Shown in pieces: positions 8,208-16,330 of a stretch of DNA of 18,338 nucleotides. The stretch is from a candidate division WOR-3 bacterium (GTDB lineage Bacteria > Hydrothermota > Tepidihabitantia > Tepidihabitantales > CAIPLT01). Positions within the stretch are counted from its first letter, which is position 1, and each line of letters begins with the position of its first letter. The DNA is taken from positions 79,504 through 97,841 of the forward strand of contig CBFGJZ010000003.1 of assembly GCA_965649215.1 (NCBI GenBank), in the 5' to 3' direction. The notes under the pieces are model-generated. The model did not search any database, was not told the DNA's origin, and saw only the letters and a program-made list of their open reading frames with translations. The translations under genes were made by a program, and so were the position numbers.

Positions 8208-9143
8208 CTAATTTAAATTACTCTCTAAATTTATAAACTCTTGAAGCTCACCAAGGGTCCCAATCGACTTCACAGTTAAAGTGCGATCAATTCGTTTAAC
8301 CAAACCGGCTAAAACTCGTCCTGGCCCAACTTCTAACAAATTATCATAACCCAACTCTTTAAGTGTTTGCACGGTCTGTGTCCATAAGACCGGATTTATT
8401 AGTTGTTCTGTTAATGCTTGTTTGATTTCATCAATATCTTTAGTAAGACGGGCGGTTCGGTTGGGAATAATAGGTATCGTCGGTTCGTGAAAATTAAATT
8501 GATTAAGATATTCTCTAAACTCATTAGCCGATTCAGTAAGCAACGGTGAATGAAATGCTCCGGAAACCGATAATTTGATAGCTTTGATTGCGCCTTCTGC
8601 TAATGCTTTGGTACTGGCCTCTTCTACCGCACTGACTTCACCAGATATTACAACTTGGCCCGGAGCATTAAAATTGGCGGGTACAACAATACCATCAATG
8701 CTTTTGCAAATATCGTATATTTTATTATCATCTAAGCCCATAATTGCTGCCATTGCGCCAGGTTTCTTTAAGCCTTCGCTAAACATTAACTCGCCCCGTC
8801 GTTTTACTAATTTTACGACCGTCTCGAAATCAAAAACACCGGCACAATATAAAGCAGTATATTCACCTAAACTATGGCCGCAAGCAACAATCGGTTCAAT
8901 CTTGTTTTTCCTTAATATTTCACAGACTGCAATCGAATGGATTAAAATTGCTGGTTGGGTAATGTTAGTATTCTTTAACTCAGTCTCGGGGCCGCTAAAA
9001 GAATATTCTTTTAGCGGAAATTGTAATATCTCTTCGGCTCGTTCATATAAATCTTGAATTTCTGGGTAAGTATCAAAAAGATCTTTTCCCATCCCCACAA
9101 ATTGTGAGCCTTGTCCCGGAAAAATAAAACCGTACCTTCTCAT
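8208..9143 (-). CDS. fabD: Malonyl-CoA:ACP transacylase
   Basis: FPGQGSQ, catalytic GHSLGE, NFNAPGQVVISG, SGAFHSP, EVGPGRVL. Start placed at ATG 9143 (MRRYGFIF); the track's 37-aa extension runs across the promoter. Confidence 0.96.
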   Translation of the reverse strand: MRRYGFIFPGQGSQFVGMGKDLFDTYPEIQDLYERAEEILQFPLKEYSFSGPETELKNTNITQPAILIHSIAVCEILRKNKIEPIVACGHSLGEYTALYCAGVFDFETVVKLVKRRGELMFSEGLKKPGAMAAIMGLDDNKIYDICKSIDGIVVPANFNAPGQVVISGEVSAVEEASTKALAEGAIKAIKLSVSGAFHSPLLTESANEFREYLNQFNFHEPTIPIIPNRTARLTKDIDEIKQALTEQLINPVLWTQTVQTLKELGYDNLLEVGPGRVLAGLVKRIDRTLTVKSIGTLGELQEFINLESNLN

Positions 9144-9153
9144 TAATTGCTTA

Positions 9154-9181
9154 ATTTTATACAAATAATATAAACAGTCAA
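9154..9181 (-). promoter_or_regulatory. sigma70-type promoter of fabD operon
   Basis: TTGACT (9181-9176), 16 bp spacer, TAAAAT (9159-9154). Only 10 nt to the ATG and no SD. Confidence 0.6.
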
Positions 9182-9247
9182 TAGTTAGTTTCAATAACCT
9201 TATTATTGGGGGCTTTTGCTTTTCTTTATAAGAATTTGTCTCGGCTA

Positions 9248-9275
9248 TTGACAAAATCGTTATTTGTGTTATAGT
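9248..9275 (+). promoter_or_regulatory. sigma70-type promoter of the beta-barrel gene
   Basis: TTGACA (9248-9253), 16 bp spacer, TATAGT (9270-9275) with an extended -10 TGn. Confidence 0.7.
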
Positions 9276-9281
9276 TTTAAC

Positions 9282-9339
9282 GGCTTTGTGTTAACAAGTT
9301 AAATCACAAAGCCATAAATAAAAGCCATTAAATTATGGC
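9282..9339 (+). other. Structured 5'UTR (two hairpins)
   Basis: GGCTTTGTG (9282-9290) pairs with CACAAAGCC (9305-9313); GCCAT (9324-9328) pairs with ATGGC (9335-9339); SD AGGAGG at 9351-9356. Confidence 0.55.
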
Positions 9340-9360
9340 AAAACAACCACAGGAGGCTCT

Positions 9361-10974
9361 ATGAGTAAAAACAAGTGGTATGTAGTATTAGGTCTAATCC
9401 TAATGGTTTCTCTCGCATCGGCATTCGTTCCGATTTCAATGCGAATGCGCGGTCTTAACCCATCGTTAGTTGGTATTGTCGACGACGAATATTCAGATTT
9501 ATTCTATAATCCTGCTTTCATTAATAAGATTGAAGGCACTCGCATTTATTCTAATCTCTCTAATATCCAAGGCGAGGGCGAAGACATGTTCTTTAGTGGT
9601 TATGATTATTATCCAGTTCGATATGCCAATTTACTTGGCGGAATCACGGGCTATAATGACATGAAGCTTGGGGCAATGATTGAATTGAGTGGTGGTAATC
9701 TGGAAGTGCAAGAGAATGGCCATGCCAAGGAAATTGATGGTAATGAAATTCATCTTGATAGTATGAACTATGATTATCAATATAACGAAACTGAGAACTG
9801 GTTGCATCTCTTTTGGGGTAAGTCATTAACTTCTTTAAATGTTGGTGTTTGGTTTGGTCCTCATTGGTTAAATTACGAAGAACGCGAGAACTATCAGGAA
9901 AAGGGATTTTACTATCGTAACGATTCTTTAATCAATTATGATTATGAAGGTTATGAATATTATTATCAAGGAAAGACATTTGCTTATCCATTTATGGTTG
10001 GGGTAATGAAAGGTAGTGAGGAAAATGAATTATCTGCTAATTTTACATTCGGCTTTGACCGCACCGGAACCGGTGGACCAGTTAATGAACTGGAGGGTGA
10101 AATCTTACACAATCTTAATCAAAATCTTTCCGTAATCAATGAAGACTTTCATAAGTGGGAAAGCAAATATGAGCAGGGTGGCTACTTTCTGGCTTTAAAT
10201 GGCCGCAGTAAAAAGCGTTGCGAAACTCATTCGCTGAGCTTTTTGGCAGGTATTTCAATGGTCAACCAACCGATTAAATCAACTTATTTAGATACTACTT
10301 ATGAATACTTTAGCCCAGTAAATGGTCTAAAAGAAATTGAAATCAGCCGTGCTTATAGTTCTGGTGAAGGTCCCATGAAATATTTCACGCTCTCGTTAGG
10401 CGTTGGCGTTGAGAAATATTTTGATGTAATGAATAAGAAAACCCTCTTCGCAATTGGTCTCCTACCCGCTTATAACAATGGCACAACCACAATGAAAATA
10501 AAGCCGACGCAAATTCACAATTATTATTATAACAATTTAGTCGACACGCTTGAATACACGACAGACATAAATGCAATTCAAGAATTAGAAGTCAAGACTA
10601 AGTTTGGTGGTCTCTCATTATCCATACCTTTGGGTTTAGAAACTTATCTTACTGACCGCTTTGTTTTGCGATTAGGTGTTACCCATGATCTGACTTTGAT
10701 ATTTAAGAATACTTTTGAATCTAATTTTGCCGATTATGGTGATAGTATCACCTACCATCAAACTCTACCCAATGACACCACAATTATTACTCGTCTCACT
10801 GATGACTCTCACGAATACTATAAAAATGAAATCAAAAGCAAGCTTTCTAATTCTACTCAATATTATTATGGCGCGGGCTATAAAATTAATGATAATATTG
10901 AACTGAATTTCACAAACTTCGCCGACCTCACCAATTTACGGACTTGGTTACTCGGTGTCAATATTAAATGGTAA
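9361..10974 (+). CDS. Outer-membrane beta-barrel protein, probably FadL/OmpP1-like
   Basis: Sec signal peptide (MSKNKWYVVLGLILMVSLASA). N-terminal ...DLFYNPAF resembles the FadL-type hatch motif. Aromatic/Gly-rich alternating strands; C-terminal beta-signal LLGVNIKW. Confidence 0.75.
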   Translation: MSKNKWYVVLGLILMVSLASAFVPISMRMRGLNPSLVGIVDDEYSDLFYNPAFINKIEGTRIYSNLSNIQGEGEDMFFSGYDYYPVRYANLLGGITGYNDMKLGAMIELSGGNLEVQENGHAKEIDGNEIHLDSMNYDYQYNETENWLHLFWGKSLTSLNVGVWFGPHWLNYEERENYQEKGFYYRNDSLINYDYEGYEYYYQGKTFAYPFMVGVMKGSEENELSANFTFGFDRTGTGGPVNELEGEILHNLNQNLSVINEDFHKWESKYEQGGYFLALNGRSKKRCETHSLSFLAGISMVNQPIKSTYLDTTYEYFSPVNGLKEIEISRAYSSGEGPMKYFTLSLGVGVEKYFDVMNKKTLFAIGLLPAYNNGTTTMKIKPTQIHNYYYNNLVDTLEYTTDINAIQELEVKTKFGGLSLSIPLGLETYLTDRFVLRLGVTHDLTLIFKNTFESNFADYGDSITYHQTLPNDTTIITRLTDDSHEYYKNEIKSKLSNSTQYYYGAGYKINDNIELNFTNFADLTNLRTWLLGVNIKW

Positions 10975-10990
10975 AATAAGATAAAATATT

Positions 10991-11028
10991 TAAAAGTGCG
11001 GTCTCATAAAAGGCCGCACTTTTATTTT
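10991..11028 (+). terminator. Rho-independent terminator, possibly bidirectional
   Basis: TAAAAGTGCGGTCT-CATAAA-AGGCCGCACTTTTA stem (one G-U pair) followed by TTTT; the 5' flank is A-rich. Confidence 0.85.
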
Positions 11029-11040
11029 ATTAAAGACCTA

Positions 11041-11069
11041 TTGACGAATTATTATTTGTAATTTATTAT
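11041..11069 (+). promoter_or_regulatory. sigma70-type promoter of tRNA-Val
   Basis: TTGACG (11041-11046), 17 bp spacer, TATTAT (11064-11069), 7 nt before the tRNA 5' end. Confidence 0.6.
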
Positions 11070-11076
11070 AAACTAC

Positions 11077-11150
11077 GGGCGATTAGCTCAGTTGGTTAGA
11101 GCGCATGCCTCACATGCATGAGGTCACCTGTTCAAATCAGGTATCGCCCA
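11077..11150 (+). tRNA. tRNA-Val (anticodon CAC), CCA not encoded
   Basis: Acceptor GGGCGAT/ATCGCCC + discriminator A; D arm GCTC/GAGC; anticodon arm CATGC-CT CAC AT-GCATG (anticodon 11111-11113); T arm ACCTG-TTCAAAT-CAGGT. Confidence 0.97.
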
Positions 11151-11197
11151 TTTTTGTTTTGTTAGAAATTAAGAATAACCGTTAGGGATGAAAATCC

Positions 11198-12766
11198 TTA
11201 ATATAATATAATCTTGGCTGTCTCGGTTCTGTAATCTTCAACATTAATTTTTACAAAATAGACGCCTGCTGGTTGTGATGCCTTGACAATATCAATATGA
11301 TTAGTTTCATATTGGGCAATTCTTTGCGGTATAGTTCTTACTAACTTACCATGCAGGTCATAAACTTCGGCTTGATACTTTTTGCCAATGGGTATCTGTA
11401 GTTTAATTCGCACTCGGTCTTTTAATTGGACAACTGATAAATTTGTTTTTAGCATTTGCTGATTGGTCTCTTCAATTGCACTGGCCGCACCCTTAAATGC
11501 ATAAAGTTGATAGGGTTGGCTGTTTTGGTCTTGTAAAGAAACCAACACATCCACTACCCCATCATTGTCAAAGTCAGCGCCACAGGCAACATCATAAACC
11601 CGATCCACAAAAGTATATTGCCAAAGAACTTCACCATTTGCTCCATTCATGACTTTAACATTACGACCATTAACAGCACCGCCAATAACTTCGGGAATAT
11701 TATCGCCGGTAATATCCGGTAAAGTATCAACATTCCAACAATCAGAACCGACGGTTTGTGACCATAAGACCGCGCCAGTTCGGCCTGATAACACTGAAAC
11801 TAACGGCGACCACGAACCAACCACAACATCATCACAGCCATCATTATTAATATCTCGAATCCGACGGATATCATAGATAACCCGTGCTGAACCTAAGTTG
11901 TTTTGCCATATTAAGCTACCATTAGAACCTTCTAAACAATAAACAGTATATGCCCAACCACCACCAACGACATCGGGGATGCCATTATTATTAGCATCAT
12001 CGCCTTGAATTACATATTCAACTGACCCACCGGTCAGATATGACCAAATTTGACTTCCTGTCTGCCCATTCAAACAATAGATCCGATTATCAACCCCATT
12101 ACCGCCGGAAGCCACCAAAACTTCAGGAATCGTGTCGTTATTTAAATCAATGTGCGGACAAATACACATTACCGCATCATTCGGTCGAAAAGTCCATAGC
12201 AATGCACCGGTGTGGCCATTAAAACATTCAGCGCGTCCACGTTGGTCATTGGTCACACCACCAACACCTGCCAATACTTCAGGAAAGCCATCGCGATTAA
12301 TATCAATTGTCGGTCGCACGCTATAGACCCAACCACCATCAGGATAATATGAATAACTCCAAATCGTGGCACTGCTAACTCCATTAATTGCAAAGACAGT
12401 ACGCCCTGGGAACACACCACCTGGTGTACCCATAATAATATCTGGAATTGAATCACCTGAAATATCGGCAATCGTTGATAAACCGCGGTTACCCCAAATC
12501 CCCTGACAATCCGAACGAGTCCATATTGCATTACCATTTGCGCCCGAAACTAAAAATAAGCGAATTGGCGGCGATGGATAAGCACCATAATAAGCTGCAG
12601 CTACCACATCAGCAATGCCATCATTATTATAGTCATAAGTTGGAAAGGCGGCATAAATACCACCTGTGCCTTGCCGAGCCCAAATAATCTGTCCTTGACT
12701 TTGGGCAAAAACAACCGCACCACAGATACAAACTGACAATAACGCAATTATACTTCTATTTTTCAT
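11198..12766 (-). CDS. Secreted FG-GAP/PQQ-like repeat beta-propeller protein with T9SS-type C-terminal domain
   Basis: Start ATG 12766 behind GGAGG; signal peptide. Eight D-x-[N/S/T/D]-x-D-G-like repeats interleaved with G-x-[N/T]-G-xx-[I/L]-W. CTD with VYDLHGKLV...PAGVYFV...KII. Confidence 0.85.
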   Translation of the reverse strand: MKNRSIIALLSVCICGAVVFAQSQGQIIWARQGTGGIYAAFPTYDYNNDGIADVVAAAYYGAYPSPPIRLFLVSGANGNAIWTRSDCQGIWGNRGLSTIADISGDSIPDIIMGTPGGVFPGRTVFAINGVSSATIWSYSYYPDGGWVYSVRPTIDINRDGFPEVLAGVGGVTNDQRGRAECFNGHTGALLWTFRPNDAVMCICPHIDLNNDTIPEVLVASGGNGVDNRIYCLNGQTGSQIWSYLTGGSVEYVIQGDDANNNGIPDVVGGGWAYTVYCLEGSNGSLIWQNNLGSARVIYDIRRIRDINNDGCDDVVVGSWSPLVSVLSGRTGAVLWSQTVGSDCWNVDTLPDITGDNIPEVIGGAVNGRNVKVMNGANGEVLWQYTFVDRVYDVACGADFDNDGVVDVLVSLQDQNSQPYQLYAFKGAASAIEETNQQMLKTNLSVVQLKDRVRIKLQIPIGKKYQAEVYDLHGKLVRTIPQRIAQYETNHIDIVKASQPAGVYFVKINVEDYRTETAKIILY

Positions 12767-12799
12767 AAAAACCTCCAAAATTAATAAATTATCCAAATC

Positions 12800-13678
12800 T
12801 TATTTTAAAAACAATGTTTTTTTAATTTGCTTTTGCCCATCTTGGGTTTGCAGGGTAATAAAATAAATGCCCGGTGAAACCAATTCACCTTTTTCATTAT
12901 CGCCTGCCCAAATAACTGTGTAATGGTCTGCATTTTTGTGAACCGCTGTGATTGTTTTTACTAACTTTCCCGTCGCATCATATATTTTAACTGCTTGAAA
13001 TTTGCCTAAATCAATAGAAAATTTAATCTGAGTCTGATTAAAAAACGGATTCGGTTTAATTTCAAACCGTAACTGATTTCTTGTTATTTCATCTTCCTGT
13101 TCTTCAATAGCGCTGGCATTAAGAAACGAAACGCTGTCAATAAAAATCGTCCCACCCGATGGTGTATTGGCATTAAGACCGTAGGTACGAATAATAAAAT
13201 CCGCATATACCGCATTGAGTGGTGCAGTATCCGATAAAGCGGCTCTGCGCACAACCCGCCATGTTGGAGATGGAATCGTCTCCGTATATTCAGTTGACCA
13301 GGAACTAATAAAACCAGCTGAAGCATTTCGCCAAGTTATGGTAAGACCGCCTTTAACACTATCACTTGTTAAATAATAACGCATACTGGCTACATAACGA
13401 CCACGGCCAGGGATTGTGACACGCTGTAAAATTCCTTTATTGTTACCGGTACCGACTTGGAAACGTTGCATCTTAACCGCATAACTGCCATGAAAAACAC
13501 GCATGCTATCTTTATAGATTTTAGTATAAATAGTATCTTCAACAGTCCAATCCGTAGGTGTCCGTGGATTACCCCAACTTTCAAAACTGGGATTTAATAA
13601 CAAATTTGCTTGGAGCGGTAAGATAACTGCACTCAGCAAACTCAATAGCATAATTTTAATTAAATTTTTTCTTATCAT
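12800..13678 (-). CDS. Secreted protein: CBM4/9-like jelly-roll domain + FlgD-Ig/T9SS-type C-terminal domain
   Basis: Start ATG 13678 behind GGGGG; signal peptide. Domain boundaries NLLLNPSFESW ... IFIDSVSF. CTD with PNPF, IYDATGKLVKT, WAGDNEKGELVSPGIYF. Confidence 0.8.
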   Translation of the reverse strand: MIRKNLIKIMLLSLLSAVILPLQANLLLNPSFESWGNPRTPTDWTVEDTIYTKIYKDSMRVFHGSYAVKMQRFQVGTGNNKGILQRVTIPGRGRYVASMRYYLTSDSVKGGLTITWRNASAGFISSWSTEYTETIPSPTWRVVRRAALSDTAPLNAVYADFIIRTYGLNANTPSGGTIFIDSVSFLNASAIEEQEDEITRNQLRFEIKPNPFFNQTQIKFSIDLGKFQAVKIYDATGKLVKTITAVHKNADHYTVIWAGDNEKGELVSPGIYFITLQTQDGQKQIKKTLFLK

Positions 13679-13712
13679 TATTTCCCCCACCAAAAAATAT
13701 TTCTATTATGAT

Positions 13713-14027
13713 TTAAGATACTTTTATGTCGGTAATTTCTAGTTCGGTCAAGGGTTGTTTATGCCCTTTTAATCGCCGATAATTTTCACGGCGAATAAAT
13801 TTAAAGGTGGTCACTTTCGGCGCTCGGAGATGTCTTAATACTTTGGCATGCACCGACACTCCTTTTACAAATGGTTTTCCGACCATAGCATCTTTATCAG
13901 TCTTTAAAAATAAGACCTCGTTAAAAACCACTTCGCTGTCTACTGATTCATCTAATTTGGGAACAATTATTTTTTCACCTACTTTAACAAAGTGTTGAAA
14001 ACCTTTGATGCGCACAATTGCAAACAT
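13713..14027 (-). CDS. rplU: 50S ribosomal protein L21
   Basis: MFAIVRIKGFQHFVKVG...VGKPFV...FKFIRRENYRRLKGHKQPLTEL, 104 aa. Confidence 0.96.
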   Translation of the reverse strand: MFAIVRIKGFQHFVKVGEKIIVPKLDESVDSEVVFNEVLFLKTDKDAMVGKPFVKGVSVHAKVLRHLRAPKVTTFKFIRRENYRRLKGHKQPLTELEITDIKVS

Positions 14028-14348
14028 TTATTCTCCTCCGCCTTGTTCAATCGGTTGACTTGGCAATGGTTCTTGTTGTGGTGCAGGTGCTTCTTGTTGC
14101 CGCACTGGGGCTGGTGCTTTTGCTCGTTGGGCAGAAATTAAAACCAAACTTAACGAAGTAATCATAAACAGAATTGCTAAACCACTCGTCAGTTTCGTCA
14201 TAAATGGCGCAGCCCCCCCACCACCAAAGATCGATTCTCCGCCACCAAAAACTGACGCAACACCACCTTTTTGGGGCTGTTGAAACAAAACCACAATTAC
14301 CAACAAAATACAGACTATAATATGCAATGCAATTATAAATCCAAACAT
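14028..14348 (-). CDS. secG: Preprotein translocase subunit SecG
   Basis: Two TM segments with a Gly-rich linker (VLFQQPQKGG...FGGGG...TKLT) and a Pro/Gln-rich tail; canonical position after tpiA. Confidence 0.93.
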   Translation of the reverse strand: MFGFIIALHIIVCILLVIVVLFQQPQKGGVASVFGGGESIFGGGGAAPFMTKLTSGLAILFMITSLSLVLISAQRAKAPAPVRQQEAPAPQQEPLPSQPIEQGGGE

Positions 14349-14363
14349 AATCTACTCCTTCTT

Positions 14364-14392
14364 ATCATAATATAAGATATGTTAAATGTCAA
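14364..14392 (-). promoter_or_regulatory. Internal sigma70-type promoter for secG-rplU
   Basis: TTGACA (14392-14387, overlapping the tpiA TGA stop), 17 bp spacer, TATGAT (14369-14364). Confidence 0.65.
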
Positions 14393-15141
14393 GTCAAATC
14401 CCACGCAATTAATTTAACAAACGAATCTATTTTCAAACTAGCTCCACCCACTAACGCTCCGTCAATATCGCTTTGTTGCATTAAACCTTTGATGTTATCA
14501 GGACTCACGCTGCCACCATAAAGAATTCTTGTTTTCTCGGCATACGTTTGACCATACTTTTCCCTTATCAGCTTTCTAATTTCTTGATGAACTTCTTGGG
14601 CTTGGATTGGCGTTGCGGTCTTACCTGTACCAATTGCCCACACCGGCTCATAAGCAATGACTAAATCTTCAATGTTATTAATATCTACTAAACCCTTATC
14701 CAGTTGTCTTTGAATAACCGAAAAAGTTAAGTTGGCTTCCCGTTCGTTTAACAGTTCACCGACGCAGACAATCGGTTTTAAGCCAATTTGTAAAGCAGTC
14801 TTAATCTTTTTATTAATCATCTCGTCGGTTTCGCCAAAGATTGTCCTTCGTTCGGAATGGCCAATAATCACATATTCACAACCAATCTCTTTTATAAACT
14901 CACCTGAGACTTCGCCGGTAAAAGCACCGCTTACCTCCCAATGCATATTTTGAGCACCCAGCTTAACCGGACTATTTTTAATGATCTCGGCAACTTTGCT
15001 TAAAGCAGTAAATGGCGGACAAATTAATACTTCGCATTTCAAATCAGTAGGTATTTGAGCCAATAATTGTAAAACGAATTCTTGAGCTTGGCTGGTTGTT
15101 TTATGCATCTTCCAATTGCCGGCGATTAATTGCTTTCTCAT
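14389..15141 (-). CDS. tpiA: Triosephosphate isomerase
   Basis: AGNWKM, GAFTGE, GHSERR, AYEPVWAIGTG, LYGGSV, LVGGASL. Confidence 0.99.
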   Translation of the reverse strand: MRKQLIAGNWKMHKTTSQAQEFVLQLLAQIPTDLKCEVLICPPFTALSKVAEIIKNSPVKLGAQNMHWEVSGAFTGEVSGEFIKEIGCEYVIIGHSERRTIFGETDEMINKKIKTALQIGLKPIVCVGELLNEREANLTFSVIQRQLDKGLVDINNIEDLVIAYEPVWAIGTGKTATPIQAQEVHQEIRKLIREKYGQTYAEKTRILYGGSVSPDNIKGLMQQSDIDGALVGGASLKIDSFVKLIAWDLT

Positions 15142-15142
15142 G

Positions 15143-16330
15143 TTAATCCTTTTTATCAGTTAGGGCCGCAATTCCGGGCAGCGTTCTTCCTTCTAAAAAC
15201 TCTAAACTGGCACTACCGCCGGTTGATACAAAACTAACTTTATCTTGCAAACCGAACTTCTTAAGACAAGCAGTTGTATCGCCGCCGCCAACAACTGAAA
15301 CCGCACCTTGACTGGTTGCATCGCTAACAGCTTGTCCAATCATTTTACTACCATTGGCAAATTTATCAATCTCAAAGATTCCCATTGGTCCGGCCCAAAC
15401 AATCGTTTTAGCATTTTTAATCTGGCGTTGATATTCTGCAATAGTCGCCTGACCAATATCAACCCCCAACCAATTTTCACCAATCTCATTAACTTTCACA
15501 TTCTGTGTCAAAGCATTGCTTTCGATTTTATCAGCAACTAAAATATCCACTGGGATCTTTAAGTTATGCTCATTAAGTAATTGCCGGGCTTCATCGATCA
15601 TTTCTGGCTCGCAGATTGATTTACCAATCTCAAAGCCTTGGGCTTTAAGAAAATTAAAAACCAGACCACCACCAATCAATAATGTATCAACTTTACTTAA
15701 TAGATTTTTAATCACACCCAACTTATCAGTAATTTTAGCTCCACCAATGATTGTTACAAATGGTCGTTTTGGTGCTTCGATCACATAACTAAGATATTTA
15801 ATCTCTTTCTCCATTAACAGTCCTGCTAAAGCCACGGGAAAATATTTTGTTACACCTTCGGTTGAAGCATGTGCACGATGGGCAGTGGCAAACGCATCAT
15901 TGACATAAAGATCCGCAGAACTTGCCAATTGCTGGGCAAATGCAGGGTCATTTTTTTCTTCTTCGCTATGAAACCGTAGATTTTCCAATAAGATTACATC
16001 ACCTGCTTGGGCTCGATTTATCGCATCGCTGACTTGTTGGCCAATACAATCCGAGACAAAAACAACATCTCTATTCAATAACTTTTTCAAATGTTCGGCA
16101 ACAACTGCTAATGAATACTTCGCCTCAACTTTACCTTTTGGTTTACCCAAATGGGACATTAAAATTACGAGGCACTTTTGTTTTAAGAGATACTCAATGG
16201 TTGGTATTGCCGCTCGAATCCGATTATCGTCAGTAATTTTGCCATCGGCACTTAACGGCACATTAAAATCAACTCGTACCAAAACTCTTTTTTGCTTTAA
16301 ATCAATATCTTTGATGGTCAGTTTGTTCAT
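15143..16330 (-). CDS. pgk: Phosphoglycerate kinase
   Basis: RVDFNVP, SHLGKP, LENLRF, NDAFATAHRAHAS, GGGDT, STGGSASLEFLEG. Confidence 0.99.
   Translation of the reverse strand: MNKLTIKDIDLKQKRVLVRVDFNVPLSADGKITDDNRIRAAIPTIEYLLKQKCLVILMSHLGKPKGKVEAKYSLAVVAEHLKKLLNRDVVFVSDCIGQQVSDAINRAQAGDVILLENLRFHSEEEKNDPAFAQQLASSADLYVNDAFATAHRAHASTEGVTKYFPVALAGLLMEKEIKYLSYVIEAPKRPFVTIIGGAKITDKLGVIKNLLSKVDTLLIGGGLVFNFLKAQGFEIGKSICEPEMIDEARQLLNEHNLKIPVDILVADKIESNALTQNVKVNEIGENWLGVDIGQATIAEYQRQIKNAKTIVWAGPMGIFEIDKFANGSKMIGQAVSDATSQGAVSVVGGGDTTACLKKFGLQDKVSFVSTGGSASLEFLEGRTLPGIAALTDKKD

Noticed and set aside
9144-9254. 37-aa N-terminal extension of FabD
   Set aside because: FabD homology begins at MRRYGFIFPGQG; the extension spans divergent promoters.
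11077-13700. tRNA-Val as integration site of an island
   Set aside because: No integrase, no duplicate of the tRNA 3' end noticed, and the flanking genes look co-transcribed with housekeeping genes.
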